Shown in pieces: positions 23,500 through 35,650 of a DNA stretch of 64,000 bases. Each line of letters starts with the position of its first letter. Position 1 is the stretch's first letter. The DNA is taken from positions 40,842-104,841 of the forward strand of contig CBFFRQ010000015.1 of NCBI GenBank assembly GCA_965644315.1, read 5' to 3'. The DNA comes from Caecitellus pseudoparvulus. Its lineage: Eukaryota > Protista > Bigyra: Bicosoecida. A program made the position numbers and the translations under genes. The notes below the pieces were generated by a model. That model saw only the letters and a program-made list of their open reading frames with translations. It did no database searches and had not been told where the DNA came from.

Positions 23500-26393
23500 A
23501 TGGCAGGAGCGCCGGCTTCAGTGACAGAGCTGGGGGTCCAAGATGTGCCCCCTGAAGCTGACATTCTGAAAGTGGGCCTTTTAGAGAAACAGGTACGTTG
23601 GCGCGCTGCTTGTGTGCCTAGGCCCCCGGAGTGTGAGGTGCAAAGTGCAGTGCACTTGAGCTATTTCGCTGGACCCATTGCAGGGGCTGGTGATGAAGTA
23701 TTGGCGCAAGCGGCTGTTCATCCTCACCAGTAAAGACTTGCGCTACTATGAATCTGGAGAACCCCGGGCCAGGGGGTCCATCGAGCTGCGAGACATCAAA
23801 CGCGTGCATGCCGTGCACGCTCGGGGGCAGTTTGATGTGGACACAGCTTCTGGGCGGGTTTACCAGCTCATGGCGTTGTCGGATCGCGAGCGGGCGCAGT
23901 GGATGTCTGCCATCAATGATGCGCAGTTCAGCCCCACGCCTCTGGCGCGTTTGCTGCGTGTGGTGGAGGACTTGGAGGTGGCCGGGCACATTGACTCAGA
24001 CGTGCGTTCCTTGCCACGCCGCCACGCCGAGCCAGCCACACCTGCAAAGCCCGGTGACCCATTCACAGGCCCGAAAAACGTACGAGCGGAAGCTTCTGGC
24101 CTGTGCCGAAGACAGCAGCGGACTGGCCGAGTTGGAGGTTGGGCTGCAGCGCATCAGCGCAGGGGGAGGGGGGGCTGACACCGGCAGTGCTGCGCTGGAG
24201 GACTTGCTCTCGGAGATGGCCGCCGCGCAGACTGAGCTAGCAGTCATCAAGGCACTGGCCAGCCTCCACGACCAGCTCTTGATGGAGCCTGTGACAGCTG
24301 AGGTGCAGCAGCGCCTGAAGGATCTCGCCACTGCCCACCAAGGCGCAGGGGACGGGCGCTGGACAGAGGCCAGCAGCCAGGCATACTCCATGGTGCTGTC
24401 GGCCGTGACGCTCAAGCCCAGTCCGGGCGAGGAGCGCAGCAGGGCCGCTGCGGCAGAGGCAAAGCTAATTGCCGCCAGTCTGCATCAACTGGAGCAACGC
24501 GTGCACACCCGTGGCAGCGAGGCAGCTGCCGAGTCCGAGGCGGCTGCCGCTGCAGCTGCCGCTCCTGCCGCTGCTGCTGGTGCAGGGCGTGGGGATGAGG
24601 ATGGTGGCTCGGGCGACCCCAGCACAGCCAGCAGCACACAGGTGTCGCACGCGGCGGCAGCTCGCCAGGAAGACAGCTTGGGCCCCCTGCCCAGCATAGT
24701 GACGAAGGGCAGGCCCACGCCAATTGCAAAGGGCTCTTCCACAGTGCTGAGTGTGTTTGACATGCAGGCGCTGTATGCGCCGCCACAAGTGACGCTGACG
24801 CCTGAGCAGCTGGCGCAGGAAGCTGCGCAGCGCAAGGCTGACCGCACAACGGATGTCGTGGCGGACACGGCAGATTTAGTTTCACCAGGCACCTACGGCA
24901 GTGTGTGGGATACGCAGGGGGAGCTGGGCAAAGGGGCATATAGCGTGGTATATGCGTGCTCCCGCAAGTCTGATGGGCAGCCCGCAGCGGCCAAGTGGGT
25001 TCAGAAATCCCGCTTGCACCGCAAGGCGCTGCTGGCGCTGTTGCGCGAGATCCGGCTCATGCGCAGCATTTCACACCCCAACATTGTGAGCATTGTGGAC
25101 TTCTTCGACGAGCCAGACCACTACATCATCGTTGCAGAGCTCATGACGGGCGGGGAGTTGTTCGATGAGGTGGTGCGCCGCAGTCACTACACGGAGCGTG
25201 CTGCCCGGGACGTCATCCGCACCATGGCTGAGGCTCTTGCGTACTTGCACGAGCGGGGTGTCGCCCATCGAGACTTGAAGCCTGAGAACATCCTGCTGTC
25301 ATCCTCTGAGGACGACGGTGTGATCAAGCTTGCTGACTTGGGCTTCGCGCGGAGCGTGCCCAAGTCCGGCTTGTCCACGGCGTGCGGCACGCCAAGCTAC
25401 GTGGCACCAGAGATCCTGAACAACACCCGCTATGGCCTGAGCGTGGACATGTGGAGTCTGGGCGTCATTGCATACATTCTTCTGTGCGGCTATGCACCTT
25501 TTGCCGACCGGCACCAGCCGACGTTGTTCCGCAAGATCCGGTCAGGGCTGTTCTTCTTCGACCCGCCGCAGTGGAACGGAGTGTCTGCACAAGCCAAGGA
25601 TCTTATTGAACGCATGCTGACAGTGAACCCTGCCAAGCGCATTACTGCTGCGGAGGCACTGCAGCACCCGTGGCTGACGAGCTTTGTCGGCTCCGCACGC
25701 CTGAGCCTTGCGAAACGCAGCATGAGTGACTTCAACTCGCAGAGACGCGAAGTCCTGCGCACGGGCATTTGCACGAAACTGGGTTCCATCATCAAGTCCT
25801 GGCGCCGCCGAGTGTTCACTCTGACCCGGGACGAACTCGCTTATGCTGACCCAGAGTCCAAGTCCACTCGTGGCACGATTCCGCTGGGAGACATCTCGGA
25901 AGCGCGGCTGAAAGGCGAAGGCAGCGGCGGAGGCGGGGAGGAGTTCGAAGTGCTGACCCACTTTGGGCGGATTCTGGAGGTGCAGGCTGCAGACGCCGCC
26001 GATGCCCGTGCCTGGGTGTCCGCGATCAGCATGGCCAAAGCAGCCCACGACGCCCTCGCCCGTGCCGAGGTGGCCATGTCTGCCAACGCCATGGAGCACG
26101 CCGTCACACTCGTGGATGATGCGCGCAGGCTGCGGGAAGCCGCACAGGCCTTGCATGGGCTGTCTGGCACGCCCACGGGCACAGCGGCAGCAGTGGCGCA
26201 GGGGGGGGCGGCGCCACCGGCAGCCGGCACCGTCTCAAGCACCACAGCGACCAGGGGAGCAGTGCCAGACCCGCCAATCATCCCGGCGGGGCGGTCTACA
26301 GCTCGGGCTGCTGTGCAGGCAGCCGCCAGCGGTTCGACGCACGTGCCTGTGGAGCGCGTGCCCAAAACACCGACTGACTTCGGAGACCCCTGA
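23500..26393 (+). CDS. CaMK-family Ser/Thr kinase with N- and C-terminal PH domains
   Basis: Exons 23500-23592, 23684-24001, 24069-26393. Kinase motifs LGKGAYSVV, AAK, HRDLKPEN, DLG, ACGTPSYVAPE, DMWSLG. PH motifs KVGLLEKQGLVMKYWRKRLFIL and RTGICTKLGSIIKSWRRRVFTL. Confidence 0.9.
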
Positions 26394-26429
26394 TGGGGTC
26401 GGCAGTGAATTTACCCCGCCCCCACCCAC

Positions 26430-28539
26430 TCACGCGAATACACGCAGTGCAGCAGGCACGATAGTCACACGGGCAGGCGTGAACCCAGCGTCTTCACCGT
26501 CCACGTTCAAGCTGCCTGGTCCCCTGGGAGCGTGCACACCGTCGGAACAGCAGGCGCAGCAGCAGTTGCAGCAGCCAGGCAGGGCGGCGTTCACGCCCTC
26601 TGCAGGGTACACCAGGGCCTGTCGTGCCTGCCACTGCCGCACAAAGGGGCGCAGCACGTGCTCCCCGGCAATGCCCTCGGATTCCTTCAGCGTCGCAGCC
26701 AATTGACAGCGTGGCGCGCGGTGGATGGTGGCGACATCGAGAAACCCATCGTCCACGACAGCGTTGGGGCAGAAGGGCGTCTTGTCGCCGCAGTGGATGG
26801 TGTTTTGCATCTGCAGCATGATGAACTCGCCCCCTGGCACCTCCAACTCGCCGGACAGGGCTTTGTTGCCGGTACCCGGCACCGGCACCGGCGCGCTGTG
26901 GTCTGGCAACCCCTCCACCTCGCAGGCCTGCTGCAGGACAACCTTGGCGCGGAAGGAAGGCCGGTACGCGATCTGCGTCGCGGCCGCCAGCGTGTAAGGC
27001 GCAGTGCCGCACACTGCGCGGCAGTCATCGGCGATACGCACGATGGTGGGCGCCAGTCCATACCCCACCATGTTCAGGCTGAACACGAGGTGGCTGGACA
27101 GACTGTCCACATCTGCTCCCTCAGGCAGCCCTGGACAGGCCCAGGGCGTCGCCGGTAGGCCATGGGGGGTCACAGCAGGGGCCGCCTCCACGTCTTTGGG
27201 AGTTACAGCGCGGTCGGTCTGGGCAGTCTCTGGAGCGGGCGAGGCGGTGGCCGCCGCTGCAGCCTCCTCGTCAGGCCCGGGAGCTCCCTCTGCGACTGCC
27301 GCTGCACCGCCTGACGCAGCCACCGCGGTAGTTGGCGCCTGAACAGCGTCACTTTCTGTAGGTCCAGCCTCTCCTGCCATCGCGGCCGCTTGCCGCCCCG
27401 CTGCCAGGTGTGTGAGGAGGCTGAGTTTCCAGGAAAAGGCGCCGCCTTCGTCCTCGCCGTACACCTTCGTTTCCGTGGCGTGGTCGCCTGTTGCGCCGTC
27501 GTAGCTGGCCTGGCGCTGGGCAGTGCCCCCCCCCTCCCCGCTTGGTTGGCCTGGGCTGGAGCAGGTGGCGAGACCTGAGGCGGCAGCGGAGGCCAGCGGG
27601 CCCAGGTCACCAGACCCAGTGGCGCGTGCGACCTGTGCGCCGGAGTCCTGCTTGGCGCCACGGAAGCGCGGGGAGCGCGGTGCCCCGGCGGGGGGGGGTT
27701 CATCCTCCCCCGCCGTGGCGAGCACACCAGCCGTCTCCCCACTGCCCACCAGCACAGAGGGCGGCGTGGAGGGTGCAGACAGCCCCTCGCCAGCGGCAGA
27801 GCCATCGGGTGCCGTGGGCGCTATGGCGGGAGGGGACGTGGCGGGGGGCATGACGGCGGCCAGCCACTCAGCGCCAGCTTGTGGCGTTGGCGGTGCGTGG
27901 GCCAGCTCAACGACATCCAGCGCACGAGTGGTGCGGGCAAGGAGGCGCTGCACCGCCTCTTCGTGCGTCTGGTACCCAATGCTGTACGCGACGGTGTTGC
28001 CGCTGCCGCAAGGCACGATGCAGAGGGCGGGCAAAGCGTGAGGTGGGTGGACGCCAAGCACCACGCCGAGCAGCATGCCATTCACCACCTCGTGTGCAGT
28101 GCCGTCTCCGCCGATGCTGAGCAGTGCGTCGTACCCGGCCATGTTCGTGCCCGCAGTGATATGCTGGGCGTGCCCTGCATACTGTGTCTCCCGGAGGTCG
28201 ATGGCGATGTCTGGCACAGCCTGAGCATGGCGCGTCGCAGGACTCAATCAATTACCGCAGCTCGCGGCACGCTATGCGGACACTAAGCGCACCGTCTTCA
28301 GGGCCTCTTGCACTTCCTTCGCGACGATGAGACTCCTTCGATTTCCTGATGTCGGATTCACGACAATCAACACCTGGAGGAGTCCAGGCAGTGGGGGCGA
28401 CGTGCCATCGCGCTGCTGCCTGCGGCCAACTGAGATCGCATGCGCCACGGACCTTGCGCAGAGCATCCACCTGCACCGAGTCACCGACGAACGTCTGATA
28501 TGGATGCTTTTCCTTCATCACCTGCCCACAGCAAGCCAT
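26430..28539 (-). CDS. Sphingosine kinase / diacylglycerol kinase catalytic-domain protein
   Basis: Three exons. Motifs VVNPTSG, ETQYAGHA, IGGDGTAHEVVNG, PCGSGN, DDGFLDV, NVDGE. Confidence 0.88.
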
Positions 28540-28796
28540 GGCGAGAGTGTGCTGGTGTGCCGCTCCAGAACCCGCCTGCCGCGCCAGCTGTCAGAGCTCG
28601 GCAGGGGCTTGGAAGTGGTGAGCAGCGCCCAAAAACGAGCCTCACAGGATGGGATTTGCGCTGAGCGACTTCATTTGCAGCCTTCTGAGTTTGCGCAAAG
28701 CAAGGCACTGCCTCGACTTTGGCGTGGCGGGCCGCGTTTCACTCGGCGTTTCAGGCTCCACCAGCTTCGCGCTGCGCAGCCCTCCCTTGCAACACC

Positions 28797-29757
28797 ATGG
28801 CATCCGAAGGCGCGTACTCCTTTTCCCTGACAACCTTCTCGCCGTCAGGCAAGCTGGTGCAGATTGAGCATGCGCTGGCTGCCGTGGAGCGGGGCGATTC
28901 GAGCCTGGGCATTCAAGGTACGGCTTTGGCGTTGCGGTGGCGTGCTGGAGCTCGGCACGGCGCACTGCTTTTCACGCCTTCCTACCTTCCCCAGCCACCA
29001 ACGGCGTCGTCCTGGCCACTCAGAAGAAGGTGAAGAACAGCCTCGTTGACGAGACATCCGTGCACCAGCTGGCAAGCATCACAGACGGCATTGGTGCGTG
29101 CGGCGCCTGGCCTGCTACTGACTGACGAGTGTGTGTGCCCAGTGCCACAGGTCAGCACACGTGGCTCCACCCTCTGCCGCTCCACAGGCATGGCATACGC
29201 TGGCATGGGGGCGGACTTCAGGCTCCTCGTGCGCAAGGCCCAGAAGAAGGCCCTCGAGTATAAACTCACCTACGGCGTGCGTAGCAGGCGTACAGAGCAG
29301 CGACGCCCAGCCCAGCCCACGCCACGCGCCCCCCTTCCCGCCGCCCTCTGCTCAGGAGGAGATCCCCGTGCTGCAGCTGACACGCGCCGTGGCGACGGTG
29401 ATGCAGGAGTTCACGCAGCAGGGTGGTGTGAGGCCTGCAGGTGTCTCGCTGCTCATCTCGGGGCAGGACCATGAGGGGCCACAGCTGTACCAGGTGGACC
29501 CCTCAGGCGCGTACTTCGGCTGGCGGGCCTCTGCCATCGGCAAGAACTTCCAGCAAGCCAAGACCTTCCTGGAGAAGCGGTACAGCAGCGAGATGGAGCT
29601 GGAGGACGCTGTGCACACCGCACTGCTCACCCTGCGGGAGGGCTTCGAAGGGGAGATGACAGCCAAGAACATTGAAATCGGCGTCGTGGAGAGCAAGGGC
29701 TCCTTCCGCGTGCTGAGTGAGGAGGAGGTGGCGGACTACTTGGAGGAGGCAGAGTGA
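28797..29757 (+). CDS. PSMA2: 20S proteasome subunit alpha type 2
   Basis: [76 protein letters not shown]; three introns. Confidence 0.95.
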
Positions 29758-29782
29758 ATTCCCCAATGCACCCGGTCACGCG

Positions 29783-30836
29783 TCACGCTGCCAGCGGCTC
29801 GTACCACTCCCGGGTCATGCCTGCTGCGCTGCGTGCTTCGTGGTTGAAGGGCGGCTTCAGCGCCCCGCGGAAGTGCGCCTTGACCGTGTCGTGGAAGGCC
29901 GCCGGGATGTCAGCGTCCGCCACGCCACCGGCGCGAGCCGTCAGCACGAACCACTTGTGCCCCGCCCCAACGTGGGTGATCTCTTCAGCGTAGTTGGCGG
30001 TGAGGATGCGGCGGGAGTCGTCGTCCTGGCTCTTGGCCAGCTTCGCCAGCATGCCAGGTGCGACATCCAGCCCACGCGCCTCGTGCACCATGTGCACCAC
30101 AGCCAGGCGAGCCATGAGGCTGTCTGCTGTCTCCGTCGCGCTCTGCCACAGACCATCGTGTCCAGGCAAGTCGCCGTACTTGCACCCCAACGCGGTGAGG
30201 CGCTGGGCCCACATGGAGAAGTGCTTGGCTTCATCCAGGGCCACCTGTGCAGGGGGCAGGCACGTGTAGGGGTGCCGGGGGTGAGTTGCAAGTGTCACGA
30301 CGTTTCGACAGCGTTTCACGCACGCGAGCCCAGTCCATGAAAAACTCCCGTGGCTGCTCCAGCTGCCCCTCCTTCACGCCAAAGCGCAGCATGATGTCCC
30401 AACTCAAGTCAATGGCATACGACTCCGCGTGCACGACGCTGTGCACCATGCCCTTCTTGCCGCCTGAGCTCTGTTTGTTGGCAGCCACAGTGGACACCCA
30501 GCTGGGCCGTGCTGGCGCATCGGGCGCGGAAAGTGCGGCAGCCACTGCCAAGTCCTTCGGGAGGATGGGCAAGGAGCCAGCCTCAAACGCAGCACACGCG
30601 ACGAACGTCAATCTGGCCTTCATGTACACGTCCGGCTCTGCCATGACGGCTGCTGCGGCCTCCAGCAGTGACCCAGGCAGCTCCTCACTGCCGTCAGGAA
30701 CGCTGTCCGGGTGCAGCGGGCTGACATGCTCGGGCAAGCCGCCTTCTTGGACGTCTAAGGCCAGCTTCAGCTCACCGTCGCCACATCCCAAGTTCTGAAT
30801 CGGCTCTGCCCCGGCTATGGGTGCGCTAGCTGCCAT
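29783..30836 (-). CDS. DUF455 ferritin-like (di-iron) protein
   Basis: HSVVHAESYAIDLSWD, DEAKHF, HDGLW, VHMVHEARGLD, EEITHVGAG, LKPPFNHEARSAAG; one intron near 30245-30322. Confidence 0.85.
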
Positions 30837-30959
30837 GTTGGACGGTTACGAGAGGCTGCTGGGGGAGTGCAAGGCGCTGTGGGCGAGGGTTGGGCCACAT
30901 GCATTGTGTGCAAGGAAGACACTGTGTGCCTCTGCGCAGATTCATGGCAGGGGGTGTTT

Positions 30960-32633
30960 TCATTTGTTGGGCACGTTGGTCTGCCCGCCGGTGGCTGCGG
31001 GGTGCTTGGAGACGTCCTTCTCCCGAGCGTAGTGCGGTGCGAAGGGGTTGGGGTCGTTGACACCCACGCCAGCGAGGACGTGGTTCACGTCGCGGTGCAC
31101 CATCTCGTCAGCGCGGATGGCCTTGATGACGTCCAGCAGCTTTGCGTCATCTCCCAGCCGCCAGTACTTGCGTGCCAGCGGCGAAGCGGCCTTGTCCTGC
31201 CACTCAGGCAGCTCCCCTGCCTCCAGCTGCTTCACAACCTTGGTGTAGGTGATGACGGCTCTGGGTGGGGGGAGCGGACAGGCAGGGGGGGAAGTGCAGT
31301 GTCGCGTTGCAGGTGCAGAAACGGCCGACGCATGCTGCACTCACTCCTCTTCCAGGTAGCCAACGAAGCGATGGCAGGTCTTGGGGGACAGCAGGTACGC
31401 CAGGAAGTACGCGTTGAAGAAGATGCCTGTGGCCGCAGAAGGGGTGTGGCTTGTGTTGCCACCACGGGGCCGGCACGCTGTGACTCCACGCAGCAACGCG
31501 ACACGCACCTTGCGTGCCGAGCACGGCAAAGCGGAACAGTGGCCCTGGCTGGCGCAGCTCCAAGAACGTCATGAGGTGCATGCGCTCATTCTCCGCCTCC
31601 TCCAGCAGCGTGTGGATCCAGCCCTGTGCGCAGGGCAGAGCGGTGTGGCAGGTGGACGGCGTGAGCCAGTGCTGTGCACGCCAGCCCACGCACGAAATCC
31701 CGAGTCATGCCTCGAAGGGCTGTCATGTGCCTGAGCATGCCGCCCACCATGCCCTGTGCGGAAGCGTGCGAGGCAAGTCAAGGGGCGCAGTTGCACCTGG
31801 GTGCGGTGTCTCGGTTTGATGTCAAGTGAGGGCGCTTGTGCGGTGTCTGGCGGCTGTCCCACCAGCACACACGTACCGGAACACCAGCGACTGTCTCCAG
31901 GAAGATCATGCGGGTGAGCCACTTCTTCTCGGTCATGTTGTGCCCGTATCTGTAGAAGGGGGGGGTTTCGGCGGCCAGTGTGGGAAGGGGAAGTGCAGCC
32001 GAACAGTTGATTCGCCGCCCAGCACTTCCGCAAAGAAGCGTGCCAGAAGCCACCACCTGTGCGCGGTGCACGCTGCGCCACGCACCCCGTGACGGTGTCA
32101 AACATCGTGCGGGCGGTCTTCATGGCATAAAATGCCACCTTGTCATTCATCTGCAGCACGGGTGGCGCACCGTGTGTGTGCTCACGTGACAAATGCCGCC
32201 GTGCGGACGTGCACGTCGCCAGCCACGCCAAAGCGCAGGACTCACCCCCTCTGGCTCCTTGTGGGTCACCTGCACCGAGTCCAGCTCCTCCCTGTGCAGA
32301 AACACCAGGCATGTAAACGTTTGGCCCCCTCGGCACAGCCTCTGTGGCACTCCGCAGCGTGCACGAAGGCATTCCACGGCCCTGGCCCGAATCAGCTGGC
32401 GCAGCATCAGCTGAGACGGCCGGCCCGTCGCGTCAACGTGCCCCCCTCAGGCCGACTCACTTGGTGTAAATGGGATGAGGCATGAACTGATCATGGCTCT
32501 CGTCCTTGCTCATGTTGAAGTGGGACTTTGGGGCGTCCTTGCCTGCAGATGCAGTGGCCAAGGCGCGGCAACAAGTGCTGCGTATCACGGCACGAGCGGC
32601 CACAGCGCCGCGCTGCGCGGTGAGTGCGAGCAT
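30960..32633 (-). CDS. AOX: Mitochondrial alternative oxidase
   Basis: Multi-exon. [53 protein letters not shown]. Start at 32633 is inferred. Confidence 0.92.
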
Positions 32634-32985
32634 GTTGATGCAGGATGAGAGGGAGGGCGTATGTGATTGAGCCAGACAGTGTGTGGGCTTAGTTGTGGGC
32701 TTTTGGGGTTTCTGTTTTTGGCGCTGTAGCTGGAGTGCTGTCCCGGGGCAGCATCACCACCTGCACGGCTCCATGCCAAGGGGTGAGGGCCACGCACGGC
32801 AGGCGTGCAGTGGAGGCAAGGGCTCAAGCTGGACACTTTCAACAGTGTCAGCAAATCCAACGGTTCACCCACTGTGCATGCCAAAGAGACAAGCCACTCT
32901 GCAGCACTTCTTTGGTGCGGCGTTTTACGAGAGTTTCGCCGGGCACGTGCGTGGAGGGCCAGCAGGCCAGCTCAGAGCGGGAAGC

Positions 32986-33324
32986 ATGGCAGGAAAAGCC
33001 ATCCAAGCAATCTTCGGGACTCGTTCTCGAATGGAGTCCGTGCTCGCGTGGGGCGCTGCGGTGGGCATCACGTATGCTTGGTACAAGTGGGACGCCAGCA
33101 AGCAGGTGGAGTCGGGCGGCGCGCCCGAGTTCACGGCCGCCGAGTCAGAGGCGTGGAACCAGAAGGTGCGGGTGGCTCACCCAGAGGCATTCACAGCGGC
33201 GGTGGCCAAGGAAACAGCCCGGGCAGAGGCGGCGGGCAAGGCCTCGTTGGCGGCAAAGTTGGCCGAGGCAGGCTCCGCCTCGCAACCACCCGAAGACAGC
33301 CCACAGAACTCGGCAGCCTCGTAG
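32986..33324 (+). CDS. Small single-TM protein, unknown function
   Basis: MAGKAIQAIFG...VLAWGAAVGITYAWYKW; GC3-rich codons; divergent from AOX. Confidence 0.6.
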   Translation: MAGKAIQAIFGTRSRMESVLAWGAAVGITYAWYKWDASKQVESGGAPEFTAAESEAWNQKVRVAHPEAFTAAVAKETARAEAAGKASLAAKLAEAGSASQPPEDSPQNSAAS

Positions 33325-33792
33325 ACATGCGCACGGGGTGCATGGAGAGGGAAAGACCAGCGGTCTCCCACCGCTGCGCCGGTTTTGTATGGCCTTGCTT
33401 GGCCGCTTGGGTGGACTCCAGCTCGCAGAGGCCCGTGGGCAATCAAGACACGCGAGCTGTGGCATTGGGTCCGCCGCGCGGGAAGCCGGGATCTTGCGGC
33501 TGTGCGACACATGCGTGCCTGGCACCCTCTGCAGCCCCTCCTGAGCGGTGTGGCTCAACGTGGCCCATGGATTCTGCAGCGCCAGAATCTTCCCTTGCGC
33601 TCGTGACACTGGTGCGCGAATGCAGGCCAGCCCCACAACACAACAACACCCCAAACCCTTCCCCACCTTGCCGCATTTACGCTTGTATCAGCTGCACCCT
33701 TCCCTGTTGCTTGCGCTCGGTGGCCCAGCCCGGACCGCTCCTCAGACCCAGCAGCGGCTTCGACAGCCGCCATATTCCGCACTTTCACCAGC

Positions 33793-35514
33793 ATGGCAGC
33801 CAAGGCCGGAGCAGAGAAGTTGTGTGGCACCGCAAAGTGGGCGACGCATGCCAGTGGCTTCCCCCACGATCTCTCTGACGAGCAGCGCGAGGTGAGTGGC
33901 GGTGCCCGTACCCCGCCGACGTGTGTGGGTGGCGTGTGCCGAGCACACCTTCCTTGCTGTGCCGCCTGCCTGCAGGAGCTGGACAAGTTCATGACCGCCG
34001 CCACGACCGAGACGCTAGAAGCAGTGAAGTTCCCCCACGAGACCAACGAGGATGTTGCCTGCAGGTTCATGCGTGCGCGCAAGTTCGGTGTGGAGGACGC
34101 CTTGACCATGATCAACAACTGTAAGATAAGTACCTCTTGTGCTGACAGCTGCAGCGTGCCGTGGCGTGGGTGTGTGTAATTGTAGGGCGGCATGGTGGAG
34201 CTCCTGATGTGTGTTGTGCCGTGGGGTTGCATTGTGCTCCAGGGGCCACGTGGGCCGTCCCTGGCTGCCCACTCGACCTCGCGTTTGGTGCGCGTTTCGC
34301 CGACATGCCCGGTAGTTCTCGCCGCGTTGGCTCCGTCCTGCACTGAGTTTCCCTCCGCCCCCCCTCCGCACGAGTGGCGCAAGGGATTCAACATGGAGTA
34401 CGTGACCATGACCGACCCTGACGAGTTGCTGGGCTGCACTGAGGAGGAGATCTTGTACTTCTGGCCCCAGACACGCCTGCCGCACACGGACAAGGACAGC
34501 CGCCCAGTGTACCTGGAGAAGACGGGCTGCATTGACGTGACGGGGCTGCTGTCTGTGAGCAACATGGACCGCCTCGTGCAGTGGCACGTGCAGTGCACGG
34601 AGGTAGACTCTGGCCGGCTGTTTCGGGAGATCACCGCTGAGGTGGCAGATGGCAGCCGCAAGCTGTCCAAGGGCGCCACCACTGTCACGCAGGGCACCAA
34701 CATCCTGGACCTGGAGAACTTCTCCATGGGCATGTTCATGGGGGAGAGCAAGGAGTACTTGGGCCGCATCTCCAAGATCTCCCAGGACTACTACCCCGAA
34801 ACCATGGGCAAGATGTTTATCGTGAACGCCCCCATGATCTTCACCACCGTCTGGTCGGTGGTCAAGGGCTGGCTGGACCCCCGCACGGTGGCCAAGATCG
34901 GCCTGTATGGCGGCCCCTCTGAGTACAAGGAGAAGCTCTTCGAGCAGCTGGGCGGCGCTGACAAGACGCCCGTCGAGTACGGCGGCACGTGGAAGCGGCC
35001 TGGCGGCGGCCCCCTCTTCTCTGCCTCAGTCAAGTCGCACATGATTGAGAAGCAGTCCAGCTTCACCTCCGTCGTGCCCATCAAGAAGGGGCAGCGCTTC
35101 GTGAGCCGGTGGTGGGCTGACGCGGACGGCGTCACGTTCTCTGTGCAGTGGGTCCCTGGCGCGACAGAAGACCCCAAGGACGCCTCTGTGGGAGAGATGA
35201 TCTTTGCAAAGAAGGAGGTGACCTCCTGCACCGGCTCAGCTAACGTGACCGGCGTTAAGCACTGCCCCTCCGCTGACGAGGCGGAGGAGGGCGACCATTT
35301 GGGTGTGTACGTTGTGCAGTGGCAGAACAACCACAAGGGGGGCTACTTCTCCTCTGGCTCACGCACCATCACCTACTGCGCCCTGGCCAAGTCCATCAAG
35401 TGCCGCGGGCAGCTGAATGCCGAGGCACGCGAGGCCGCCGCAGCCGCCAGTGGTGGCGCTGCTGGGGCCGAGGGCACGGCCCCTTCTGAGGGCACTGCAG
35501 CAGCTGCCGAGTAA
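33793..35514 (+). CDS. Sec14/CRAL-TRIO lipid-binding protein with C-terminal GOLD-like domain
   Basis: CRFMRARKF, HTDKDSRPVYLEKTG, SQDYYPETMGKMFIVNAPMIFTTVWSVVKGWLDPRTVAKI, PVEYGG; GVYVVQWQNN..YFS. Confidence 0.92.
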
Positions 35515-35650
35515 GCTAGTGGTGTGACATGTTCCAAATTCACTTTCGGATTGACGCATGCATTGTGTGCAGTCATTGTGCAGAGTAAAGTGGCGCGTAG
35601 GCCTGCGCAGCTGCCGCAGCACAACCCGAGCAAACGGGCTATGCTGCAGG

